Shown piece after piece: positions 9,934 through 18,377 of a stretch of DNA of 64,000 bases. Made by a program: the position numbers and the translations under genes. Every line of letters starts with the position of its first letter. Position 1 is the stretch's first letter. The notes under the pieces are model-generated. The model searched no databases. It was given only the letters and a program-made list of their open reading frames with translations, and was not told where the DNA came from. This stretch comes from an uncultured bacterium (GTDB lineage Bacteria > Patescibacteriota > Minisyncoccia > Phycocordibacterales > Phycocordibacteraceae), in the NCBI GenBank assembly GCA_947085505.1, contig CAMTWI010000004.1:129800-193799 (forward strand). Reading direction: 5' to 3'.

Positions 9934-11304
9934 TTAGGTGTCCTTGAGCAACCGATGAATTGTCGTCTCGAGATCTGCACTTGGAATTGTGTACTGATGT
10001 GAGGTCTTGAGATGCTTTACCGTAAGCATCTCAGAAGCGATGTCTTCCTCGCGCGTTATGAGCGCAAGGTCGAAACCTCTTCGCGATGCAAACTGAAGCT
10101 GCTTCGCGAGAGGACGCTCCTCGAGGTAAACCTCGACAGGAACTCCTGCCTCACGTAGACGCCGCGCTTGATCGAGATACACGGCGCCAAAAGATTCAGC
10201 GCCGAGTCCTGTCGTAACCAGAACTCGAGCGATGCTGACACTCTCCGCAGGCAAAAGACCTGCCTCGATTAGTCGAAGCAACAGCCGGGTAACGCCGATT
10301 GAGATACCGACACCCGGCAGACTCCGGTTGACGAACGTGCTGGCTAGGTTCTCGTAGCGACCGCCGGAGGCGATACTGCCAAGCTCAGGATATGCATCGA
10401 ACCGGGTCTCATAGACAGTGCCCGTATAGTAATCAAGACCGCGAGCGATCGAGATGTCCACACGGAAACGCTCTTCTGGTACGCCGAGCTGTCGAACCGC
10501 CGAAATAACTCGGGAGAGTTCTTGAACGCCTTCTGCGAACAAGGGACCGAAATCACCTTCACGCAGCGACGCCAAGATCGCACTAGTGCCACGAGCGTCA
10601 GTTAGAAGCCCGAGGATTTCAGAAGCACGATCTTTTTCCATGCCCAGCTCAGTCAGTTGGACGAGAGCGTTCTCGATACCGATTTTTTCGATGCGGTCGA
10701 TGACGCCAGACGCCTTCCTGACTAGCTCGCTGGAGAGACCTGTTGAACCGAGGATACCCTCGAGTACCTTTCGGTTCCCGATACGGATTGTGAATGGCCC
10801 GATAGCGAGTTCCGTGAAGATCCCGCTGATCACACCAACCATTTCTGCATCGTGCAGCAGCGAAAGCGAGCCGTCGCCGATGACGTCAATATCCGCCTGT
10901 GTGAACTGACGGTAGCGGCCGCTTTTCGGACGTTCGCCCCGGAAAACCGGGCCGATTGCATATCGCCTGAAGGGAAAAGTGAGATTCCCTTGCTGCGCCG
11001 CAACGAATCGTGCGAGCGGTACTGTCTGATCAAACCTGAGTGCCAGGTTCTTCGTGTCGTCTTCCGCGTCGGGCGCCGGATTCATGAGCCTGAGCCCATA
11101 TACTTGCGCACTGATTTCTCCACCGCCTTTGGCGAGGAGCACTTCAGGGCGCTCCACGAGCGAGGTCTCAATGGGCACGTAGCCGGCACGCTCAAATTGC
11201 GTGCGGATGATGCCCAGCATATAACGCTGCGCAATGGCTTCCCTCGGACCTAGATCCGGGAACCCGCTCGGTGCTTGTAACAGACGTTTCGGAAACGGAT
11301 CCAT
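9934..11304 (-). CDS. hisS: histidine--tRNA ligase
   Basis: Class II HisRS features (RYRQFTQADIDVIG, GGRYENL). Start set at MDPFPKRLL, which has a GAAGGA SD; the track N-terminal extension is discarded. Confidence 0.92.
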   Translation of the reverse strand: MDPFPKRLLQAPSGFPDLGPREAIAQRYMLGIIRTQFERAGYVPIETSLVERPEVLLAKGGGEISAQVYGLRLMNPAPDAEDDTKNLALRFDQTVPLARFVAAQQGNLTFPFRRYAIGPVFRGERPKSGRYRQFTQADIDVIGDGSLSLLHDAEMVGVISGIFTELAIGPFTIRIGNRKVLEGILGSTGLSSELVRKASGVIDRIEKIGIENALVQLTELGMEKDRASEILGLLTDARGTSAILASLREGDFGPLFAEGVQELSRVISAVRQLGVPEERFRVDISIARGLDYYTGTVYETRFDAYPELGSIASGGRYENLASTFVNRSLPGVGISIGVTRLLLRLIEAGLLPAESVSIARVLVTTGLGAESFGAVYLDQARRLREAGVPVEVYLEERPLAKQLQFASRRGFDLALITREEDIASEMLTVKHLKTSHQYTIPSADLETTIHRLLKDT

Positions 11305-11387
11305 GGTGTAATTCCTTCTAATGGTTAGGTTCGTGCAGTAAAAAGACTGCCAAAGGACTAACCGGATTGACGGTATATCCAATAGCG

Positions 11388-11416
11388 AGTATAGGGTATA
11401 ATCCTTGACATATCAA
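11388..11416 (-). promoter_or_regulatory. sigma70-type promoter for hisS
   Basis: On the minus strand: TTGATA, 17 nt spacer, TATACT. An ~80-nt leader follows. Confidence 0.5.
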
Positions 11417-11430
11417 ATGATAATTAGTAT

Positions 11431-12951
11431 ATGGCGAAACTTGACCTTGGGCCTGACCACACGCTGACAGTAGAAGAAGTACATCGCGTAGCTACGGACA
11501 TTACGTTCGAAGTGTCCCTATCCGAGGCAGCAATATCGGCAATACAACGTTCACGAGAAGTGGTTGAGAGGCTTATCGAGAAGGGTTCAGTGGCATACGG
11601 CATAACAACTGGGTTCGGTAAATTCAAAGATGTTTATATTGAAGCTGATAAGGTGTCTCAGCTACAAACCAATCTGATACGTAGTCACGCAGTGGGTGTG
11701 GGCGACGAGTACCCTGAGGAGATAGTGCGAGCCTCACTCCTTACGCGCGTCAACTCCTTATCTAAAGGATATTCTGGTATCCGACCTGAACTTGCTGAAA
11801 CAGCACTGGCTATACTTAATAACAATATCTGTCCGATCGTGCCGTCCCAAGGATCAGTTGGCGCGTCAGGAGATCTCGCACCGCTTTCTCACATCGGTCT
11901 CACTTTGATGGGTGAAGGTGAGGCTATGTACCAAGGACGTAGGATGCAAAGCAGTGAGGCACTTACTCTTGCAGGCATCACTCCTATAACTTTCACAGCG
12001 AAGGAAGGTCTTGCGTGGAATAACGGCACCTCAGTGATGCTTGCCACACTGTCTCTCGCACTTAAGCGAGCGCGTGTACTTGCTGATATCGCCGATATTG
12101 CTTGTGCCATGACTCTTGAGGCAGTCTGCGGAACAAGCGATGCATTTCGCAAAGAAGTACATGCTATCCGCCCCCATGTAGGACAAAAAGTGTCTGCAGA
12201 GCGTATCTGGGACATGATACAGGGTTCGTTGCTCGTTAACTCGGTGCCAGGAAGAATACAAGACGCGTATTCAATTCGTTGTGCTCCTCAGGTACATGGA
12301 GCATCGAGAGATGCGATTGCATACGTCGAATCTGTGGTTAATACAGAACTAGGCGCTGTGACTGATAACCCTCTAGTATTCCCGGATACAGGGGAGATTC
12401 TCTCAGGAGGTAATTTCCATGGAGAGCCGCTCGCTCAAGCTGCAGACATGCTTGCTATCGCAGTCTCTGAACTCGCAAGCATATCAGAGCGAAGATCCGC
12501 ACGACTAGTTGATAGCAACCTCAACGAAGGATTGCCGCTGTTCCTTGTGAAGCCAGAGCTTGCAGGCTTTCATAGCGGACTTATGATGCCGCAGTACACG
12601 GCTGCAGCGCTAGTATCTGAGAATAAGGTACTCTCGCACCCTGCCTCGGTTGATTCGATTCCGACATCTGCAAACCAAGAAGACCATGTAAGTATGGGAA
12701 GCATTGCCACACGCAAGGCGCTTCAGGTAGTAAGGAATGCGGAATCGGTACTCGCCATAGAACTCATGACAGCGGCACAAGCATTGGAATTTAGAGATGT
12801 CTCTAAGTTGTCACCAAAGATTACTAAGATCTTTGACCTTATACGTACTGCCACGACAGCTCTGGGCGAGGATAGAATTCTCTATACCGATATAGCAGAG
12901 GTGCGCTGTTTGATTGAGAAGAATTCAGAGCAATTGACGGGACTTGTCTAA
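11431..12951 (+). CDS. hutH: histidine ammonia-lyase family (MIO-dependent aromatic amino acid lyase)
   Basis: 506 aa with the MIO-forming motif GSVGASGDLAPLSH. Overall pattern is typical of HAL. Confidence 0.85.
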   Translation: MAKLDLGPDHTLTVEEVHRVATDITFEVSLSEAAISAIQRSREVVERLIEKGSVAYGITTGFGKFKDVYIEADKVSQLQTNLIRSHAVGVGDEYPEEIVRASLLTRVNSLSKGYSGIRPELAETALAILNNNICPIVPSQGSVGASGDLAPLSHIGLTLMGEGEAMYQGRRMQSSEALTLAGITPITFTAKEGLAWNNGTSVMLATLSLALKRARVLADIADIACAMTLEAVCGTSDAFRKEVHAIRPHVGQKVSAERIWDMIQGSLLVNSVPGRIQDAYSIRCAPQVHGASRDAIAYVESVVNTELGAVTDNPLVFPDTGEILSGGNFHGEPLAQAADMLAIAVSELASISERRSARLVDSNLNEGLPLFLVKPELAGFHSGLMMPQYTAAALVSENKVLSHPASVDSIPTSANQEDHVSMGSIATRKALQVVRNAESVLAIELMTAAQALEFRDVSKLSPKITKIFDLIRTATTALGEDRILYTDIAEVRCLIEKNSEQLTGLV

Positions 12952-13031
12952 ATCTCTATTGCGATTGCGCCTGTTTGACAATATACCTAAATAGGCCTAC
13001 TCTTTTCGAGGATTGGAAAGGGAGTCTACAA

Positions 13032-13691
13032 ATGCTCAACGTTACCTATGCGCGACATTCTCCGCACACCGGAGAGTCAAGCGTCACGGCGCAAGTCGTG
13101 AAAGCCTACCAGTCAGTCTTCGGCGACCCGCCGTGGAATGAATGGATGAGGTGCGAGACTTGCGGCGCCTTTTGGGGCTTCAAGGATCGTATTGAACTCG
13201 AGTCTCTCGGGTTCATTCACTGCAACAAGAAAATGACCGAGTACTGGCCGACGCATCAGGTCACGGAAGATCTCGAACACGAAATCGGACCTGACGCGTC
13301 AGCGTGGCTTGCGTTCTCTGGTGACAACGTGATCGGTTTCTGTTGGGGATACCCGATTGAAGCCGCAGAACTCGAAAAGAAGCTGAAGGTCGACTTCGCT
13401 GACGACTTGCTCCGCCGATTTGGAGCCACGAGGGTGGCATACCAAGATGAGCTCGGAATTGTCTCGGCCTTTCGGGGTCAGAAGCTTGCGAAAGAACTTT
13501 TTATTCGCAGGCATCGAGATTTCCTGGCACAGGGACTTACTGTGGGCGTCGTTCGCACACGGAGACTTCCTGAACCTTCGGTAACCTACCTGTGGTTTAC
13601 CGAAAAGCTGGGGTATGTCGTCGTCGCTGAATACGATGATGGCAGAGTCGTTCTCGCGAATGACATCCGAGATCTCGAGCGGCAAGTATAG
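13032..13691 (+). CDS. hypothetical protein, possibly GNAT-like acyltransferase
   Basis: Internal Met with an AAAGGGAG SD. C-terminal half has a GNAT-like beta-alpha pattern (AFRGQKLAKELF). N-terminal half has a CxxC...HC cluster. The assignment is weak. Confidence 0.45.
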   Translation: MLNVTYARHSPHTGESSVTAQVVKAYQSVFGDPPWNEWMRCETCGAFWGFKDRIELESLGFIHCNKKMTEYWPTHQVTEDLEHEIGPDASAWLAFSGDNVIGFCWGYPIEAAELEKKLKVDFADDLLRRFGATRVAYQDELGIVSAFRGQKLAKELFIRRHRDFLAQGLTVGVVRTRRLPEPSVTYLWFTEKLGYVVVAEYDDGRVVLANDIRDLERQV

Positions 13692-13750
13692 AAGTGCGTA
13701 GACAGAGACGCCGAGGGCGTGCTACACCAATAGCACGCCCTCATTTTTAT

Positions 13751-14581
13751 ATGAACACCTACGAAACATACGTACTCACAGGCAAGAACCCTGGTAATAA
13801 CGTCGTGGTTATGGTCGGCGTACACGGTGATGAGATATGTGGTCCAGAGGCACTTGCGCGCATACTTCCGAATCTTTCAATAGATACAGGGAAGGTAACG
13901 TTTGTCTGGGGTAATCCTGAGGCTCTTAGGATCGGTGCACGTTTTATTGATAGTAATTTAAATAGACTATTCCAGTCTAATGATGCACTTACTGATGAGC
14001 AGCGATCATCATACGAATACTCAAGGTCTCGAGAGATTCTACCTGTATTGCAGACAGCGGATGCCTTGTTGGACGTACACTCAAGCGCAACACCAAACTC
14101 GGTTCCGTTCATTATTTGTGAACCACACTCATTTGATATCGCTTCAGTATTGCCTACGGAACTAATCTCTTCAGGATGGGATGCTATTCAGCCAGGGGGC
14201 ACAGATTCCTTTGTAAATAAGAAAGGCGGGAAGGGTATATGTATTGAATGTGGGTACCACAACGATGTTGAAGCGATAGATCGTGCCGAGGAAGCTATAT
14301 ACACGTTTCTAAAATCAACCGGGAATATTAGTGGAAGTATTCCTACACCCTCGGAAGGAAAAGTGTTTATGAATGTAACCTTCCTCTATAAGTCGAAAAT
14401 AAATTTTACGCCAATTCGGCAGTTCAATGATTTTGAAAGGGTTACTAGTGGCGAGCTTATAGGTATAGACGCTGAAGAAATGGTATCCGCTCCATATGAT
14501 GGCTTTGTTCTTTTCGTAAGACAGAGAGAGACTCCGGATCAGGAAGCGTTTCTAATTGCTCAGGAGCTAGATAAAAAATAA
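13751..14581 (+). CDS. succinylglutamate desuccinylase/aspartoacylase family deacylase
   Basis: Zn-binding VGVHGDEICG and a downstream LLDVHS motif. Start at MNTYETYVL. Confidence 0.7.
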   Translation: MNTYETYVLTGKNPGNNVVVMVGVHGDEICGPEALARILPNLSIDTGKVTFVWGNPEALRIGARFIDSNLNRLFQSNDALTDEQRSSYEYSRSREILPVLQTADALLDVHSSATPNSVPFIICEPHSFDIASVLPTELISSGWDAIQPGGTDSFVNKKGGKGICIECGYHNDVEAIDRAEEAIYTFLKSTGNISGSIPTPSEGKVFMNVTFLYKSKINFTPIRQFNDFERVTSGELIGIDAEEMVSAPYDGFVLFVRQRETPDQEAFLIAQELDKK

Positions 14582-14610
14582 AGCGACCTTCAGGTCGCTT
14601 TATGCGCTTT
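14581..14610 (+). terminator. intrinsic terminator
   Basis: AAGCGACC-TTCA-GGTCGCTT followed by TATGCGCTTT. Confidence 0.6.
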
Positions 14611-14624
14611 CGCGATTTGAGAAG

Positions 14625-14700
14625 TGGGGTGGGTAAGGGGAATCGAACCCCCGACATTCGCGGTCACAGTGCGACGCTCTACCACTGAGCTATACCCACC
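14625..14700 (-). tRNA. tRNA-His (GTG)
   Basis: Hand-folded cloverleaf: encoded G-1, acceptor GTGGGTA/TACCCAC, anticodon loop CTGTGAC, T arm GGGGG-TTCGATT-CCCCT, discriminator C, encoded CCA. Confidence 0.9.
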
Positions 14701-14726
14701 ACAATCTCAACTGGGGTTACAATAAC

Positions 14727-14771
14727 AATAATTTTAAATAAATCAACCTCCCCTACAGTGAGGGGAGGTTG
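14727..14771 (-). terminator. intrinsic terminator of the 14777..15244 gene
   Basis: CAACCTCCCCT / AGGGGAGGTTG stem; on the minus strand it is followed by ATTTATTTAAAATT. Confidence 0.7.
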
Positions 14772-14776
14772 GGTCT

Positions 14777-15244
14777 TTATGCCTTTCGGGCGGCAAAGAC
14801 GTACCGTTTGCCCCAGTTATTTCTATACCAGATAGTGTACAGATGGCGTCTCTTCTGCAAATGAACGACGCACACCTGTTCACGTGTACCAGGTACTCTC
14901 CACAGATTGTCCGTATGGAGAAAAACAACCGGCAAATCATGTAAGCCGAGCGGTGACGCGATTGTGAAGCGAAGCGCGTCTTGCTCGGTAGGTTGTACTA
15001 GTCCAAGCCTAGAGAAAGTAGCGAGAACTTCGTCAGTGCTTGGCTCGTGATGAAACTGCACGAGAACGAGTACATTATCCCTGGGTTGCTCGGTCATCCT
15101 GAAGCTTTCAGATGCGACGAACTCGCGGGCAAGTGGACCGGCCAAATCGAATTTCGCCCTTTGGAACAGGTCTTCTTGAACTTCAGGTCGAAGTCTTATC
15201 TCCTGTATTACGGGAGACTGTATCGTAACGTGTGACGCAACCAT
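14777..15244 (-). CDS. hypothetical protein
   Basis: 155-aa ORF with its own terminator; no recognisable motif. Confidence 0.5.
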   Translation of the reverse strand: MVASHVTIQSPVIQEIRLRPEVQEDLFQRAKFDLAGPLAREFVASESFRMTEQPRDNVLVLVQFHHEPSTDEVLATFSRLGLVQPTEQDALRFTIASPLGLHDLPVVFLHTDNLWRVPGTREQVCVVHLQKRRHLYTIWYRNNWGKRYVFAARKA

Positions 15245-15328
15245 AATGTGCTGTCCCTATCTGATTTGATGAACCTTGTATCTTGCTGGAACATACATTT
15301 GTATCCAAAAACTGTCAAGAACAGATGC

Positions 15329-15356
15329 TTGCAATTTACATTGCTTGTGCTATAAT
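15329..15356 (+). promoter_or_regulatory. sigma70-type promoter
   Basis: TTGCAA, 16 nt spacer, TGcTATAAT. The leader carries an AAAGGAGG SD before a TTG start at 15411. Confidence 0.65.
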
Positions 15357-15410
15357 AGATGTACAGGCATTGTGCCTCTGATCTTTTCACTTTAGCCAAA
15401 GGAGGCTTCG

Positions 15411-16019
15411 TTGGGACTACTGACCACAGTACGTGAACGCGGCCTCTATTGGGCGACCGCACATGCGCTTCTATATGCATTCGATAAATTTGTAGAGTTC
15501 GTCGTAAGTCCTGCTGCAATTATCGACTTCGGTTTGGTGATGGGCACGGCCTTTCTGATGGCCTTCTCATTCGTCGTCTGCATTGTCCTCATAACTATCT
15601 ACGATTGGGTAGGTAACCAAGGAGTAAGAGATCTTCTTGGTTACGAGACAATAAGGAACATCGGCGGACGCTTTGGACGGCGACTTGGCCATCAAGCCAA
15701 TTCGCTCTGGGACAAGACCTTCAAACTCGGTGTATTCTTGTACCTCTCCATCATGAACGACCCCATGACTTGCACTCTAGTGCTTCGCGAGTCTGGTGTT
15801 TACAGGATGAGCAGAAAGGACTGGAGGAACTTCATTTGGAGCGTTATCGTCTCGAACGTCGCATGGGGACTTATGATTTGGGGAGGCTTCGGTCTTCTTG
15901 AAACATGGTTTCCGGAGGTGTCTGACAGCCTTAGATCACTAGCTTCTGGTTTTTGGGCCGTAATAAATGATCTTGTGGAATCACTGAAGCAGGGTTTGCT
16001 TTCATGGACCACAAACTAG
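15411..16019 (+). CDS. multi-pass membrane protein, function unknown
   Basis: TTG start 5 nt after AAAGGAGG; several hydrophobic helices. Confidence 0.55.
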   Translation: MGLLTTVRERGLYWATAHALLYAFDKFVEFVVSPAAIIDFGLVMGTAFLMAFSFVVCIVLITIYDWVGNQGVRDLLGYETIRNIGGRFGRRLGHQANSLWDKTFKLGVFLYLSIMNDPMTCTLVLRESGVYRMSRKDWRNFIWSVIVSNVAWGLMIWGGFGLLETWFPEVSDSLRSLASGFWAVINDLVESLKQGLLSWTTN

Positions 16020-16021
16020 CT

Positions 16022-16049
16022 GGGGGAGTTGAAAAACTCCCCCTTTCTG
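16022..16049 (+). terminator. intrinsic terminator
   Basis: GGGGGAGTT-GAAA-AACTCCCCC followed by TTTCTG. Confidence 0.75.
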
Positions 16050-16088
16050 TACCTATACGTGCTAGGATTTACACAAATACGCCAATCT

Positions 16089-16931
16089 ATGGCTAGAATC
16101 TCAACTAAAGACATCCCGTTTCTCAATCTCCTAAAAGGAGAGGTGCCTGAGCTTGAAGATTTTCTTACACCTCTTCCTTTGGCGCTAGAAGAGTTAGAGA
16201 GGAGACAAGGGGACAAAGATTTGCAACATAAAGTTGAGGCCTATTTACATAACGACATTCCAGAGCACTTTAGCAATGAGCCCATTCTTTACTTAGCGCG
16301 CCATATAGCAACACCTAACTTCGAGACCCTACGTTTCTTGCACCTCATTGAGCCGATTGGTCTTAAGACTGTTATTGGCCAGGATATAAAGGACAAGTTT
16401 GTACCCAAAAACCTACTGAAAAAATCACTGGCGAAGCTACCAGTATCAATGGGAGTTTCTTCAAAGAAGGGTGCATACCATGAATTATTCGAATACATTT
16501 CTATACTCGACTTTAATACAGCAAACGGTAAGCGGTTCGATGAAATCAAGACACACTGGGGAGAAGGCCTCTCGGACTTCCATCTGCGTCTTCTTAAAGA
16601 GCATGTGAAGTTCCCTGTATCAGTGGTTGATGAATCTGAATGGATAGACAGGAATAACCGTGGAGACTTACTTGAGCATTATAAAAAGTTTCTGGCTTTA
16701 TTTCTTGTTCATGGAATTCTGCTCGAAGACTATGCACTCGAAGACAAGGATGAAAAGCGTTTTATCTCTGAAATCCTAAAACCAGCCTATGATTTTATTG
16801 AGAACGAATTTGGTATCAAACCTTTGATTGCTCAACTCACCCCAACCTCTGTGGAGAGTTCTACGTTCTGGGTAAGTTACCCTCATGCTGTTAAACGTTC
16901 TATAGAAAACAGTCGGGAGGGACGTATATAG
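16089..16931 (+). CDS. hypothetical protein
   Basis: The track ORF start (16029) lies inside the preceding terminator, so the first ATG (MARISTKD) is used. No motif recognised. Confidence 0.5.
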   Translation: MARISTKDIPFLNLLKGEVPELEDFLTPLPLALEELERRQGDKDLQHKVEAYLHNDIPEHFSNEPILYLARHIATPNFETLRFLHLIEPIGLKTVIGQDIKDKFVPKNLLKKSLAKLPVSMGVSSKKGAYHELFEYISILDFNTANGKRFDEIKTHWGEGLSDFHLRLLKEHVKFPVSVVDESEWIDRNNRGDLLEHYKKFLALFLVHGILLEDYALEDKDEKRFISEILKPAYDFIENEFGIKPLIAQLTPTSVESSTFWVSYPHAVKRSIENSREGRI

Positions 16932-16943
16932 TATAATTAATAC

Positions 16944-17327
16944 ATGAAGCAACTTTTCAATATTCTGCTTGCGTTAGTCCTAGTTGGCGGCCTTTCATTC
17001 ACAGTAGTCGCCACGTATAACCGCATATTTGTTCAAGGAGACTATCAGCAAGAGTATGCGATTGCATGTAGCCCGCAAGACGCCTCATGCTTTAGCGAAG
17101 AAATATGTGATGAGGTTACCGAGGAGTGTACAACTGAATACTACGCATTAATGTCTCGCTCAGCAGCTACACTCAGAAAAGCTTGTGGCAATGATACGAG
17201 TAACTGTCTTGCTGCCCAATACTGCTTAGCTGATGAATTTAATTGCTCAGTTACATACTGTGACCCTGAAATAGAAGAGTGTACTAACATAAGTGCAGAG
17301 GAGGAGACGGTAGAGCTTAGTCCATGA
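16944..17327 (+). CDS. small Cys-rich membrane-anchored or secreted protein
   Basis: N-terminal hydrophobic helix and 12 Cys in an acidic region. TATAAT (16932-16937)-N6-ATG. 4-nt overlap with the next gene. Confidence 0.55.
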   Translation: MKQLFNILLALVLVGGLSFTVVATYNRIFVQGDYQQEYAIACSPQDASCFSEEICDEVTEECTTEYYALMSRSAATLRKACGNDTSNCLAAQYCLADEFNCSVTYCDPEIEECTNISAEEETVELSP

Positions 17328-18367
17328 CGGACACAGGGATGGTAAGGGTTTTCTATATCGGACTTCATCCTGGATCGCTTACTTTCATTAATAAGGATCC
17401 TTTTGAGGTTGTTGGTGTTTCCTACTTAGATTTTTTGGGGAAAGTCTCCATAAATCCTATTAACTCCTTATTTTCACTAGTCTATACAGTCCATAAAAGT
17501 AAATTGCCTCATGCGGTAACAATTGTTCTGTTTAGTTTATGGCAATCAATGCACTGGCTTACAACGGGATATCGATCCAGGTATAAAGACTACCTTAAAG
17601 AGGTCGTACTACGGAAAGTGGACATTGTTGATGCTGAACAACATGCCTCTATCGCAGATTTTATAAGTGAAAACAAAATAGACTTACTGCTAATAAATGG
17701 CTGGTCTTTGCTTCCAAAGGAGCTTGTTGTTCTGCCTCGTCTTGGGTGCATTAACGTACACCCGTCAATACTTCCCAAATATAGAGGTGCGCTTCCAACA
17801 TTATGGGCGCTTAAGAATAACGATACAGAGTCAGCCGTTTCACTTATTTTGCTTACAGCTGGGGTAGATACGGGACCGATGATTTCTCAGCGTAATTTCA
17901 AAATTGATTTTGATGACAATGCAATTTCTGTTGAAGGTAAAATTGATCAAGTACTAGAACAGCATTTATGGAGCGACATCCATGAGTATGTTACTGGTCA
18001 CGGGCAACAAATAGAGCAGGTGGGAGAAGTTTCTACGACCAGCAAATATGCAACGTACCGACAAGTACAGTGGCTTGAAGAGACGGCTAAAGATATTGTA
18101 AATAAAGTACTACTGTATCCTTTCTTCGAGCCTGGTCTGTATGTTCAAAGTACTCTTGGGAGGAGAGTTATACGAATAAAAAACGCTTCAGAGGCGCCAA
18201 CAGACGTTGACGTTAAGCCTGGAGTATACAAAATAATGTTGTATACGGTACTTATTAAAGCTAAAGAGGGAACAGTATTGTTACGGCTTTTCCGAGACGT
18301 TGGTGTGATGGATAGTCTTATCCTTTTATTCACGAAGCAACGAACAGTGGGCGAGCATTCATGCTAG
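17324..18367 (+). CDS. formyltransferase family protein (Fmt/ArnA-like)
   Basis: INVHPSILPKYRGALP (N-x-H catalytic motif) and GVDTGPM (Asp). A C-terminal Fmt-like domain is present. The N-terminal half is atypical and contains a hydrophobic insert. Confidence 0.7.
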   Translation: MTDTGMVRVFYIGLHPGSLTFINKDPFEVVGVSYLDFLGKVSINPINSLFSLVYTVHKSKLPHAVTIVLFSLWQSMHWLTTGYRSRYKDYLKEVVLRKVDIVDAEQHASIADFISENKIDLLLINGWSLLPKELVVLPRLGCINVHPSILPKYRGALPTLWALKNNDTESAVSLILLTAGVDTGPMISQRNFKIDFDDNAISVEGKIDQVLEQHLWSDIHEYVTGHGQQIEQVGEVSTTSKYATYRQVQWLEETAKDIVNKVLLYPFFEPGLYVQSTLGRRVIRIKNASEAPTDVDVKPGVYKIMLYTVLIKAKEGTVLLRLFRDVGVMDSLILLFTKQRTVGEHSC

Positions 18368-18377
18368 TATTTTTTGT

